The notes beneath the pieces were generated by a model. It saw nothing but the letters and a program-made list of their open reading frames with translations. It was not told the DNA's origin and did not search any database. A program made the translations under genes and the position numbers. From NCBI RefSeq assembly GCF_006345805.1, contig NC_043004.1, positions 88,412,001-88,476,000 of the forward strand: a stretch of 64,000 bases of DNA, read 5' to 3'. Each line of letters begins with the position of its first letter. The stretch's first letter is position 1. This document shows positions 26,518-39,691 of this stretch, in pieces. Source of the stretch: Octopus sinensis. Its lineage: Eukaryota.

Positions 26518-26574
26518 TTTTTTTAATAAAATTATTTTAGCATCTTCTACCTAGACTGTTTTCCATATATATAT

Positions 26575-26608
<34 letters not shown>

Positions 26609-26623
26609 ATATATATATATGAT

Positions 26624-26657
<34 letters not shown>

Positions 26658-27565
26658 ATATATACATATATATATACAAACATACATATATTTATATATA
26701 TATATATGTATGTATGTATATCTAAGTATATGTGTCTGTGTGTATCTTTGTGAGTATGTGTATATGTGTGTTAGAGTATGTCTATACTTATGAATATTGT
26801 ACGACAGCGATGTAATCAATTTCATTCTTGCTAAACAATTTTTAAGAGATTATAATAGATTACCGAAATAATCTGCTTATTTCAGCACATTTTTATCACT
26901 TAAGTCTAATTTTTATATTTTTCCTGCTTTCATTTATTACAACTAAATTAAAGGAACGATAAGAAAAGCAGCTAAAAGAAATCTCCTCCTTTACTATATA
27001 TTCGCCATTTTGTTTTCCTAATTCCCATTTTACATGTTATTTCTTCGTTACCATTTATTTACTTCAAAGGAATGTTTATAACCTCTTAAATTATCAATGT
27101 GTTGTTTTATTGGTAACATTGTTCTACATGGTTTAATGCATTCATTGAGTGAAGAGGCGTTAGACCACGAAAGTCACACTATTGCAATAAGATGGTGGTG
27201 ATAAAAATGGTGTCGGTGATGCCGGTGATATACCAAATGTACTGTCAGCCGAATTTCATATAAAATTTATAAAAATAGCTTTGCCATTGTTTTTACATAG
27301 GCCAAGGAAATACCAAAATAGAGCTAATTTAATTTCTGTATATAACACATACATACATACATACATACATACATATGCATATATATGCGTATATATATAT
27401 ATGTATATATTTATACATGTATGTGTGTATGTGTGTATATATGTCTATATATACACACTTATTCATATATATATATATATAAGAATGAATGTTTTTATAT
27501 ATAATGAACGTGAAATACAGGAAGGGACGAACACGGAACACAGACAAATCATTCGAAGCCTTCAA

Positions 27566-27672
27566 TCTTCAGTCAGACACCGAATCATCATAGCAAATTT
27601 CGGCTGTTATATATATATGACTGGCTTCGAACATATGCTCTCACAACGCTTGGGTCACCCCAGGTCGCAGCA
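27566..27672 (-). ncRNA. Degenerate rearranged hammerhead-like motif (copy D)
   Basis: gctg...agcata-UG ttcga...cagcc GAAA tttgct...tctga CUGAAGA; same strand order as copy A, with several mismatches. Confidence 0.4.
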
Positions 27673-27735
27673 GAGGACCGTGTTGTTGGGAAGCATACAT
27701 ACATACAAACATACATACATACATACATACATACA

Positions 27736-27766
<31 letters not shown>

Positions 27767-28136
27767 GCAACACCTTAATAAATAGCATTGTGTAGGATAG
27801 CATTACGTAATGTGACTCAGGATACATTATATGTTAGTGAGAAAAAAACATTAAGTTGATTTGAATTGTAACGTATTTACTCATGTCTGCACGATCACGA
27901 CTGGTGTGCGGCTTAAGAAAAACATCGACGACGGCAATGTAAATTTATTCTTCAAAGCAAAATAAAAGCATAGGCAGGAGTGGTGATATGAAATCTCACC
28001 ATCTTGAAGAAATCACCCAAATGAGATAAATGTGGGAAAAGGTAGTGTTCTTGTATGACTGCAGTCGCATGGAACGAATAGATATAAAAGATATCAAAAT
28101 ATATATAGATATAATGTGTGCGTGTGCGTGCCTGTC

Positions 28137-28200
<64 letters not shown>

Positions 28201-28202
28201 TA

Positions 28203-28421
28203 TTCTTTTACTCTTTTACTCTTTTACTTGTTTCAGTCAGTCTTGACTGCGGCCATGCTGGAGCGCCGCCTTAATCGAGCAACTCGACCCCGGGACTTAT
28301 TCTTTTGTACGCCCAGTACTTATTCTATCGGTCTCTTTGGCCGAACCGCTAAGTAACGGGGACGTAAACACACCAGTTGTCAAGCAATGCTAGAGGGACA
28401 AACACAGACACACAAACACAG

Positions 28422-28475
<54 letters not shown>

Positions 28476-28627
28476 TATATATATACATATATACGACGGG
28501 CGTCTTCAGTTTCCGTCTACCAAGTCCACTCACAAGGCATTAGTCGGCCCGGGGCTATAGCAGAGAGACACTTGCCCAAGATGCCACGCAGTAGGACTGA
28601 ACCCGGAACCATGTGGTTGGTTAGCAA
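28203..28627 (-). mobile_element. SINE family B, near full length
   Basis: Homologous to 4397-4780; tail (gagtaaaa)n; lies within TA repeats. Confidence 0.85.
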
Positions 28628-28769
28628 TATATATATATATCGTCAAATCGAATATTAAAAGTTGAAATTTAACAATCGAACATTAAAAATAACAGTAACA
28701 AAGCAACAAAAGAAAATACCGATGGTATGTATTAGTTTGACGCCCAGGAAAGGTGAAAAAAAGAGTGAG

Positions 28770-28805
28770 TTTTTAACGTTTCGAGCTTATATCTTCGTCA
28801 GAAAA
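28770..28805 (-). ncRNA. Short-stem-III hammerhead (family H)
   Basis: tttt CUGACGA agatataagctc GAAA CG UU aaaa; canonical core, damaged stem II. Confidence 0.55.
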
Positions 28806-28860
28806 GAAAACGGAAAAGTCTAGAGAAGGAAAAAAATTTCACGAGCAGCACGTGGGTGGT

Positions 28861-29032
28861 TACGAGGAGATGCTGATTTTGGGTAAAAGAAAATAGTAGA
28901 GGACAGTTATGATTTTATTCAACATTATTCCCTCTGAGATTCACACTTCATTGCAGCAGTCCTTCAGTTTTTCTAAGCCCTGTAAAAGAACTCGGAAGGT
29001 TGAACCGCCAACCAGGCCTTTCGCGACAACCC
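28861..29032. mobile_element. Mariner-like terminal fragment
   Basis: Starts tacgagg...gctga; the following ttattcaacattattccctctgagattcacac...ttgcagc resembles a mariner subterminal region. Confidence 0.4.
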
Positions 29033-29035
29033 TTA

Positions 29036-29095
<60 letters not shown>

Positions 29096-29428
29096 CACCA
29101 CACACATATATATATATATATGCTTTCGGGGTGAAAGGTTTCTTTATATAGCGCCTGTAAATAATAATAATGGTATTTTTATATAAGCTTAAAGGGTATG
29201 GCGATCACCGTCCAATGACAAAGGAAAATATTGTAATAAAGGGGCCTATAATCCCTCGACAGAAAAAAGAAGACATTCCTATGTAATATTATGAAGTTAT
29301 CCTAACCCGAATCTGTAATTCTCAAACGTAAAACCGTTAGGGAAGCCTACTAATTTTGTTCTAACATGCGTTTTATCAGAACGGCATGTATGTATGTATG
29401 TATGTATGTATGTATGTATGTATGTATG

Positions 29429-29459
<31 letters not shown>

Positions 29460-30507
29460 TTACCTATCTATTTATCTATCTATACACATATACACATACG
29501 TATATATACTTTCATCCATGTATAAATGCATACATGTATATATGTATATATGTATACACGTATACATGTATACATACATGCATACATCTATGTGTTATCA
29601 TGTATGTATGCATGTATGTATGTCTGTGTGTATGTATTCACATGTTACTCCTTGCCGGTTGAGCAACGAAATCAGAAACTCCGCCTTATCAATGAAAGAA
29701 ATATTTTTAAATTCATACATTTTCGTCAAAACAAAAACTATACTAGTTGTGTTGCTATAAGCTTAAGACTGTTTTTCTTTTATGCATTTTAAAATACTCA
29801 GTCTTCATTGAGAAGTCTAGATAATTTTGCGCCGAATTATGTCATAATTCTATTTCGTTATATAACAATAGGTTTTCTTAATATTTCGATTACCTGCTGT
29901 GTGTAGCCAGCCTCGTGTGCGGCTTGCTGCTTAATAGTGTTATATTGTTTCGCTTCTATACTTTCCTTTACGCATCTTAATCCTCTAATTAAACACATTG
30001 AAAACCATGTGATATGTAAATTTTCTTTAAATTTAACATTTTTTCTTCATTGATCTTCTTTTTTCATTTTCATTGCAGAGAAGCTATTTTAACTACGTTT
30101 ATGGCTTCCCTATATATTTTTTGAAAAATCCATCTTCGTTGTTATATTTCAATTTTCTCAGATATCAATTAGCTTTAGTTTGCTAAATTTTCCTTGCAGT
30201 TCTTTATTTCCATTACACTATTCTGTGTTTCTTTTGCTCCCAGTTTGTTCTTCAATTTAAACTCATTGAAACGTTCAAATTGAATATGATACAGTGATTG
30301 TTTTAACCCTCTTACTGCAGACCACTCACTCTAAGTTTACTTTTTAATCTATATATTTCCCTTGATAATTAACTCTATATGTTCAGCGGTGAATAAACTA
30401 TCGTCTAAATTACGAAAATATGAAAATAACACTGGCATCCGATTTTAACAGATATATTTACCAAAATTACGTAAAAATATTCTAAAATACTAAAGAGTAA
30501 ATTTATT

Positions 30508-30977
30508 CTATAAAATCGTCTTTGGCTTCAACCACGGCTTCCAGACGAATTCGGAATCCTCTGCAACTCTCCTGGTCTCCTTGTTTAAGTTGATGAATGA
30601 TCCTTGCCTTGACTTCATCTTTGGTGTAACAAGCAGTCTTGTTGGTCTCCCGCTCAACTGTGCCCCACACATAATAATGAAGGGGGTTTCAGACCACTTC
30701 AAACACAACGATCTTGACTGGATGTTTAATTTTTATCACTCTCGGTACATGTCCCAGATTGATCCCCAAACACTGTGAAGTGTTCGGATTGGAGCTTACG
30801 GCGCGAATGCCAAGCAGTACAGCATGTCATTTCCAAATCTTTGGCAGAGTGAATTGCATCATGGTGCTGGTTTTTGTCACAGACGGTGCCCAAGTGACCC
30901 TACTATACTCTGCAGTCGACAAAATCAAAAACAATGTGCATGTACAAGGTAAAAATTTTATACATTGCACCCTGTGT
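30508..30977 (-). mobile_element. Tc1/mariner-superfamily transposon remnant, internally deleted
   Basis: Minus strand: N-terminal MMQFTLPKIWK*HAVLLGIRA and C-terminal YYVWGTVERETNK...CRGFRIRLEAVVEAKDDFIE*; begins cagggtg. Confidence 0.75.
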
Positions 30978-31089
30978 ATGCATGTATATCTATATATATA
31001 AAAGCACACTCATACAAGCATACATACATACAAACATACAGTATACTTGTGAGGTGGGGTGCGTGCGTGCGTGTGGGTGCGCATCAGGG

Positions 31090-31123
<34 letters not shown>

Positions 31124-31139
31124 GATTATTATTATTATT

Positions 31140-31719
31140 GAGTGAGAGAGCAATGCATGCCATCAAAGTTACACTGGGGTAAAATATATGAAGCCCAGTA
31201 TACCCATTAAGACTACCCGTATGATAAGGGTACACTAGGCATATGCATCACAACCAGATGAGCGCAACGTGATGATCTCATATCAAGATAAACAGCACAT
31301 GACCTTGCAGGTGGGGCCCAGTTAGTATTTTCTTCTAGTCGAGTAACCCATCCCGCTCAAAAGATCCCTGAATAAGGCTTGTTTAAGGATTTTGAACGAA
31401 ACACCCATGTTTCCAGAGGTGAATTATTCAAACCCCAAAGAATCCCTCTCATCACATGGCTATGATGTTCTCCCACTACTTCTGCTCGTGATCAGGCATG
31501 CACATATCGTCAGCCACTAATAGACATGCTCAACTGGTTATGGTCAAACAACTGACAAGCAAATCTGTGGTATTGAGCAGAATATTTTATGTAGCCCATC
31601 TTTTATACCAAGGCAAAACAATCTACATGAAAACACATCCAATCAGTTAAGATCAGAAGCCATGAGAGCCACTGTCTGGTACTGCACCAGGTCATTTTAC
31701 TGGTATTGCATCAGGGCAT
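31140..31719 (-). mobile_element. ~555 bp TAA-flanked element (copy 3), with a duplicated 5' tip
   Basis: Reverse complement of 14231-14786 between (ATT)n arrays; the terminal ~20 nt are repeated at 31699-31719. Confidence 0.9.
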
Positions 31720-31722
31720 TGT

Positions 31723-31765
<43 letters not shown>

Positions 31766-32206
31766 TATTATTATTACAATCATCATCATCATCATCATCA
31801 TCATCAATATAAAAACATATTGAATCGAGAACCCACATTACCTCAAGCAATCTTTTATACACCGATTATGAAAATGGAAAGTTACCCTCAGATTATATTC
31901 ACCAAGACGGTTACAAAAGATGCTGTGGTCCTGGACACACTGCGTCAGCAAAATGTGATGCTTGCAATTAAAATATCTTTGATTGGTTCACCCGATCACG
32001 GTTAATTAGAACAATTTCTGTATCTATGTCTACATCCATAAACTTCTAATTGATGGGTGTTAATTCAATTATATATATTTAAATCTGTATACAACAATAT
32101 TGCTTTAGCTAGGTATACTTAAATATGTGACAACCTACTCAAGTACGCACTTGCCTTTAAAAAATCTTCGTGTTTCCATCTATCAATTTATATACATACA
32201 TACATG

Positions 32207-32259
<53 letters not shown>

Positions 32260-32278
32260 ATGTAGAAAGATACATACA

Positions 32279-32313
<35 letters not shown>

Positions 32314-32342
32314 GTATATATATATGTATGTATATATGTATG

Positions 32343-32637
32343 TGTGGTTAGGCCAGCGGACTCGCGGTCGTAGAATCGCGGTTTCGATTCCCAGACCAGG
32401 TGTTGTGAGTGTTTATTGAGCGAAAACATCTAAAGCTCCACGAGTCTCCGGCAGGGGATGGATTGCGATCCCTGCTGTACTCTTTCGCCACAACTTTCTC
32501 TCACTCTTTCTTCTGTTGGCCTGCTCGCTTAACCAACAGGGTGGCGTCATTTAAAGGCTAAAACAATGCAAAGTGCATTGTGACCAGCGATGTGTAGCAA
32601 CATCTAATAGCCTGGTCGCTCACATTGATCACGGTGA
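32343..32637 (+). mobile_element. tRNA-derived SINE family C
   Basis: gtggttaggccagcggactcgcggtcg...ggtttcgattcccagacc...gagcgaaaacatctaaagctcc. Confidence 0.75.
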
Positions 32638-32661
32638 TATATGTGTGAATATAGATAAATC

Positions 32662-32720
<59 letters not shown>

Positions 32721-33094
32721 GCAAGCTGAACGAATGGTTCGGCCGCCAGTAGCTGTGTCTAGGGGAGTATAAGTTTTAAACTCACCAAGACGCCCTGAAC
32801 TAATATTTTAGAAAGTATAATGACAACAATTTGGTATTTAAACCTATTCCAGTTTGGGAGAGTTGTTAAGTATCTACGTCCCACAGGGCCTATTCTGGCA
32901 GTACTGAGCCCAAATCACTAATGTGCCCATGAGATATGTATACAAGATAACCCTCACGTGAAAGCTGGACCCGCGGCTATCGGTTGTTTGTACGATTATC
33001 TTTGAAATATGTTATACACCTCCATTCGGTTGATAAAGTTGAATGCTTTTGATTTGACGGAAAACCACTAGCTATCATGTATATATGTATATAT

Positions 33095-33560
33095 ATCATT
33101 ATTCAGTTTATTTCAAGATATCTTGCCAATAGAGAAAGAGCCGGTTTCTAACCTAGATCCAAGGCACCTTAATTGGAATTTCAACATCAACAACAGGCTC
33201 TTTTTCTATGTATGTATGTATGTATGTATGTATGTATGTATGTATGTATGTATGTATGTATGTATGTATGTATGTATGTATGTATGTATGTATGTGCAGA
33301 TTTGTATGTTTTATGTATGAATGTATTCTCAAACATATCGTTTCATATCTAGACATACTCATATATGTGTAAATGATAAACTTCTGAAAAGTTTTACAGA
33401 CTTTTACAGTTCCAGTGATGAATTTGATGTGTAGTCTTCGAATTAGATTCCTTCTTTCTCGTTTTGAGAAGCCTAATTTCTCAAGATTGGTATTTAGGCA
33501 ATATATTACATATCCCAGGGTCCCACTAATTACAGGTATAAACCTGAACCTGTAATTTAT
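33095..33560 (-). mobile_element. 3' end of a second REL-endonuclease LINE family, 5'-truncated
   Basis: NYRFRFIPVISGTLG...ITGTVKVCKTF resembles the IPVVIGALG...GTAHILRK C-terminus; the putative 3' UTR has an internal (ATAC)n; TA flanks. Confidence 0.7.
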
Positions 33561-33565
33561 GTATG

Positions 33566-33610
<45 letters not shown>

Positions 33611-33664
33611 ATGTATGTATGTGTGTGTGTGTGTTGTGTGTGTGTAGATAGACAGATGTATCTA

Positions 33665-33739
<75 letters not shown>

Positions 33740-34132
33740 ATATCATACGACTATTTTACTTCATATACAACCAGTTTTAAATAACATGTGAATTAACCAC
33801 TTCAGACGTGAATGTTTAGAAAATTGTTCAATTCTTATCTTTTTGACATTTCGCCTATTTCGCAAATTCAAATACGTTAAGCAAATTAAGTGTGACGTTT
33901 AAGTCAAAGTTTATAACTGTGTTTACGACTGAGGGTTTGTGTGTTTGGATTTGTATGTGCGTGTGTCTGTGTGTGTCTAATGAGCGTGTGTGGTCATAGA
34001 AATGTTTTCTTGTGTAGTATGCACGTGAGTGTTTGACTCTGTCAAAATATATGTATCTGAGTGTGTGTAAGTATATATTTGTTTTTATTAAAGTTTAACT
34101 CAGAGAATGTCAGAAGATTGTGTGTTTGCAAG

Positions 34133-34183
<51 letters not shown>

Positions 34184-34321
34184 TGTGTGTTTGTGTGTGT
34201 GCGTGTTTGTTTGTGTCTGTGTGTGTGCGTATATGTGTGTACACATGTAATCTATAATAGTACCCATGTATTAGTGACGGCGAGAAAGATGTCTGTAGAT
34301 GTAGCAGTAATATTATCTCAG

Positions 34322-34660
34322 TTTAGTATTTCGTCTGCCGTTACGTTCTGAGTTCAAATTCCGCCGAAGTCGACTTTGCCTTTCATCCTATTCTGGGGCT
34401 CGATTAAATAAGTACCAGTTACGCACTGGGGTCTATGTAATCGACTTAATCCCTTCCTCTGACCTTGATTGTCCCCTCTATGTTTAGCCCCCTGTGGGCA
34501 ATAAAGAAATAAATATTATCGCAGTTTAGCAACATTATTACACACCTCCAAAAGGTGGCGAGCTGGCAGACACGTTAGCACGCCAGTCGAATTGTTTGGC
34601 GGTATTTCGTCTGCCGCTACGTTCTGAGTTTAAATTCCGCCGAGGTCGACTTTGCTTTTT
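34322..34660 (+). mobile_element. Two adjacent SINE family A pieces
   Basis: gtatttcgtctgccgytacgttctgagttyaaattccgccga occurs at ~34326 and ~34602. Confidence 0.8.
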
Positions 34661-34680
34661 GTTATACTTTTGTATACGCT

Positions 34681-34920
34681 GTGAATTCTTGGTAGGGAAG
34701 AAGAAAAAAAATTCACAACGAACCCACAAGAGTAAATAAGAGAGACAGAGACAAGCAGAAACAAGGAAAATGGCCCTTGTATTTGAATGCTATGCAAATA
34801 TTCTTTTTCCAAAATTTTCTTATTTTTCTTGTTTACAGTTGAAAAGTCTCAATGACTGAAACCGGTACTGAAATATATTTTTATAAAATTATTTTAGCAT
34901 TTTCTACTTTGATTTTTTTT

Positions 34921-34922
<2 letters not shown>
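34681..34922 (+). mobile_element. Solo PLE terminal repeat with a 5' inversion and a U3-A8 hammerhead (34833-34873)
   Basis: Matches 26325-26560; the first ~23 nt are inverted; cag UUGAAAA gtc-tcaat-gac t GAAA CCGG UA ctg. Confidence 0.8.
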
Positions 34923-34978
<56 letters not shown>

Positions 34979-35006
34979 ACAACTACACACCGATACCACA
35001 CAAACA

Positions 35007-35050
<44 letters not shown>

Positions 35051-35708
35051 TGTTTGTGTGCGTATGGTGTGTAGTTGTTTCTGTGTGCATCTATATAAAT
35101 GCATCTCTTTCAGTGACACCAGCCGCTGTTAAGTTTCATTATCAAGTTTCACACCACTTAAAATTGCTAAGCTAAATTACTTTCAAAGAATCAACATGAG
35201 TGGCAATCTGTCATAATGAACGACATTATCTTCATGACATATTGTTTTAATTTGTTTCAGTTTGATTTGTATTGTACGATGTCAGCCTCCTGACAAATCT
35301 GTGAGGGTTACTGTCTTATAAATTAGGCACAAAACAATGATATTTGGTCGATTAGATCGACTCTACTACTTGATTTTATACCGATTCCAGGGACTGCCTG
35401 AATCCAAAAGAGAAAGATGACCTGAATATGATAGAATCAAAATATAGCGAGATACCCTGTCCGACATTGTACCGCACCTTCCGAATGCCATTCATATTTC
35501 ATGATTTCTATATCATATGACAAAGCATAAAGGGTAAAGCAGACGTTTTCAGATTTAAGGATTAAGCAGTCTCGCTTCAGTTTGCTGCTAATCTTTGGAG
35601 GACAGGTATGACTGTTATAATATTTAGTTCTAAATCTGAATTTAAATCTGTGTATACTCATATAACAACAATCTCTACAAATGAATTTGCGCAGGTAAAT
35701 ACAAACGT

Positions 35709-36040
<332 letters not shown>

Positions 36041-36464
36041 TCCCTGTGTATGTTCGTACGTATGTATGTATATGTATAAACATGTGTGTTATGCGTGTGT
36101 GCGCGTGTATATGTATGTCTACATTTCGTTGACTAGTGCTTGTGTGTGTGTATGTACATGTGTGAATTGATATTTTCATTACTGTACAAATCATCAATGC
36201 TTAAAATTATCTCTTCAGTGTTCATACGATAGAGAACAATTTTGTTTCTCGAGAAGTCTAGAAACTTGTTTTTGGTAAAAACACAGGCGTTTGAAATAAA
36301 TTTACGAAACGTATTTTATCGCTATGATGCACTCATTCCGACATACACCACGATTACGCACACACAATCACGCACACACATATATGAATATATGTATGTA
36401 AATCTATATATCTGTCAAGCTATCAACATATATATCTACACATACGTACATACATACATACATA

Positions 36465-36556
<92 letters not shown>

Positions 36557-36716
36557 AATGTAGATGCGTGTCGGATTGGAATTTAATGTGAATTTAATGA
36601 GAATAATATTGTAATAAACAAATTTTGAGATAAATAATTCTCCATCCTCTTTATGATGTCTGATTATACGTACCTATGCATACGTATATATATTTATACA
36701 TATAACACACCACCAC

Positions 36717-36783
<67 letters not shown>

Positions 36784-37532
36784 TAATATGTGTATGTGTG
36801 TGACTATGTGTATGTGCCTGTATGCGTGTCCCTACGTGTGTCTGTGTTTGGATGTATGTGTGTGTGTGCGTGTGCATAACTATGATTAATGTTAAGTTAA
36901 CGTTGAATGTAACACGACTACTCGCAATAATATTAAAGAAAATAAAAATATGTTCAATTTATGGAATTATAACTTAAATATTAAAAATTTACAAGAACTT
37001 GTATAAATGTTTGACACAAAATTTGGCACTGTACAAGCGAAAACACGACCCCCACCATGTTTTTACTCTTTTATTAATATTTAATATTCGTCTGACAACA
37101 AAATCACTTTCAATGATTGCCAGTATGTCTTGAGTAGTTTTGTAGTTTGTATATATTCATTTTTTTCTGTATTTTTTAACAGACACACCGTTTTCCTAGT
37201 TCTAAGCTCCTTACAAACAGTTCCAAGTTCCTGTTTCACTTATTACAATCATTCTAGAATTCCCTTCTTGCTCGAGTTTTCCTTGCAGCCTTCAACCTGC
37301 TTTAGTTAAATAGTAATATTAATTGTGCCGATCTTGTCGATGCTAGAGGCACTGTCTAATTATTGATCAGTGGAGAGGAACATAGATGTTTGCATGTAAT
37401 AGGCTTGATAATTGTTGATGCATTCTGTGACATGAAACCAATGGTAAACCTTCATACACCAAATAAATTATCCACCAATGTGGTGTTGAGCACTCATTCT
37501 CATTATTCGATATTTACTAATATATACAGTTA

Positions 37533-37830
37533 TCTATATATATAAAACTGAGAATGTGTGTGTGTCTGTCTGTGTGAATCCCTAAAACTTGAGAACAACA
37601 CAACCAATTTCATTCAAATTTTACATATGCCTTATTTAGGATCCATGTAGTGTCATGGGCAAAACAATTTTTTAACTTTTTGCCTAGGGCGAGCCCACAG
37701 CAATATCATATCTTCTCCACTATTTCAGTATTACGTGTCAAAAGTGAAACAAAAACATCTCTCTATTGTAATGTCAGATACTTTCACTTAAATACTTTCA
37801 TTTTAAAACTGAAACTATTATATAACAGGG
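37533..37830 (+). mobile_element. Helitron-like 5' fragment
   Basis: Starts TCtatatatataaaactgagaatgtgtgtgtgtctgtctg...accaatttcattcaaattttac, typical of non-autonomous Helitrons. Confidence 0.55.
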
Positions 37831-37980
37831 ATGAACTGTAACTGGACAGCCATTCTGCTAGAAGATCCGTTATGATCTTATATGCTACACCACTTGGTTT
37901 TAAATTCATATTAATCAATTAATATTCAATTTTTCACCCGTATTATTTAATTTAAATTTACATGTATATATATAAATAAT

Positions 37981-38031
<51 letters not shown>

Positions 38032-38215
38032 ATTTATACATATATATATGTATATATATATAGATGTATATGTATACATGTGTATGTATAGATGTACTTC
38101 TATAGATATAGATGTAGATGTATACATATATAGATGTACATGTAATATGAACACAAATATATAGACATATATACATGCATACATATATACACCCATACAC
38201 ACATACACACATATA

Positions 38216-38487
38216 GGTGCAGATGTGGCTGTGTGGTAACAAACTTGGTTCCAAAACACAAGGTCCTCAGTTCAGTCCCACTGTGTGGTAACTTTGCATG
38301 TGTCTTCTGCTATAGCCTCAGAACAACCAAAGCCTTGTCAGTGGATTTTGTAGACAGAACCTGAAAGAAATCAATTGTATGTATATGTACGTATATACGT
38401 AAGTCTATGTGTTTGTGTTTGTGTTTCTCCCTCATCACTACTTCACAACTGGTGTCCGTATATTTACATCCCTATAACTTACTGGTT
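38216..38487 (+). mobile_element. SINE family B
   Basis: gtggctgtgtggtaac...gttcagtcccactgtgtgg...aaagccttgtcagtggatttt. Confidence 0.75.
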
Positions 38488-38790
38488 TCACAAGAGAGAG
38501 ACAGAGAGAGATAGATAGATGTATAATATATGTAATATACATACATATGCATATATACATACATATATGTACATACCTACATATATATGTATATATAATA
38601 TATATAATATATTATATATATATATTATATATATATATATATATACATACATGCATATATGGGTACAGGCGATAACAAAAAGTAACACAATGGGAAACGA
38701 AAACGAAAAAACAAAAACATTGAAAACGAACATTTTTCGAACAACGAAAAAAACAGAGAAACGAGAGATGCAACATAAAGAACATTCCCT

Positions 38791-38868
38791 TCATCAGTTG
38801 TCCCTTGTTTCATCTACTCCGCGTTACGAAGGTAAGGACAATACTCGACTTCGTTAAAACAGTCCTTC
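38791..38868 (-). ncRNA. Candidate non-circularly permuted hammerhead (copy B)
   Basis: gaagg ac tgtttta acgaagt cgaG-UA ttgtcc tta ccttc GUAA cgcg gagtaga tgaaaca ag ggacaa CUGAUGA. Helices covary with copy A; A13 is replaced by U. Confidence 0.65.
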
Positions 38869-38914
38869 CCGCAAAACCAATTAAATAAAATTAAGGATTT
38901 TAAGCGGAGGGTGA

Positions 38915-39440
38915 GTGTGGTAAGACAACTGTGTAGTAAGACGTTTGCTTCTCAACTACATTGTTTTGGTTTCAGCCCCACTACGAAGCAGCGTGGGCGA
39001 CTGTCTTCTGCTAAATGTGTGGGTGTGTGTAATATATATACATACATACATATGTGTGTGTGCATGCGCGTGTGTTCGCGTGTATGTTCGCGTGAGTATA
39101 TGAGTGTGCGTATGCGCTTGAGTATGTGTATGTGTATGTGTATGCGTGTCTATATATGTGTACATATGTATGTATATAAATATATATATATATATAATAT
39201 ATATATATAATATATATATATTTACATATATATGCGTGTATGTTTCTGTTTGTTCCCCATTACGGCTTGACAACCGGTGATGATAGGTTACCATCCCCGC
39301 ACCTTAGCGGCTTGGCAAAAGTGACTGGTAAAATAAGAACCAGGTTTAAAAATGATTAATACGAGGGTTGATTCGTTCGATTGAAATTCATCAGAGTGTC
39401 GCCCCAAGATTGTCGCCGTCTAATGACTGAAACAAATGAA
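38915..39440 (+). mobile_element. SINE family B, old copy with an expanded internal microsatellite
   Basis: Head at ~38915-39012; 3' part ggcttgacaaccgg...ttagcgg...gtctaatgactgaaacaa. Confidence 0.6.
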
Positions 39441-39490
39441 AGAGGGATGAAAATGAAGATATCAACATAAACCCAGTCCGCATAATAACA

Positions 39491-39691
39491 TTTTCTACTC
39501 TAAGCACAAGGCCCGAAATTTTGGGGGAAGGGCCCAGTCGATTATATCGATTCCCAGTACGCAACTGGTACTTAATCTATCAACTCCGAAAGGATGAAAG
39601 GCAAAGTCAACCTCGGCGGAATTTGAACTCAGAACGTAAACAACGCTAAGTAATTCACCTGGCATGCTAACATTTCTGCCAGCTTGTCGCC
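39491..39691 (-). mobile_element. SINE family A, full length
   Basis: gcacaaggcccgaaatttt...aaggatgaaaggcaaagtcaacctcggcggaatttgaactcagaacg...gctaac...ctgccagct. Confidence 0.85.

Larger units (their letters stand above)
24705..26560 (+). mobile_element. Penelope-like element (Neptune-like, Cys-rich GIY-YIG), internally deleted, with direct terminal repeats
   Basis: RT motif LLVSFDVVNLYSNI (25171-25212); KSKRQPKS; FTCASENLIYALTCSGCQGQYIGQT; terminal repeats at 24710-24785 and 26482-26552; (TA)n flanks. Confidence 0.88.

Noticed and set aside
30714-30950. GC-richer stretch ending in AAG/GTAAAA that resembles a host exon
   Set aside because: The opposite strand encodes Tc1/mariner transposase remnants.
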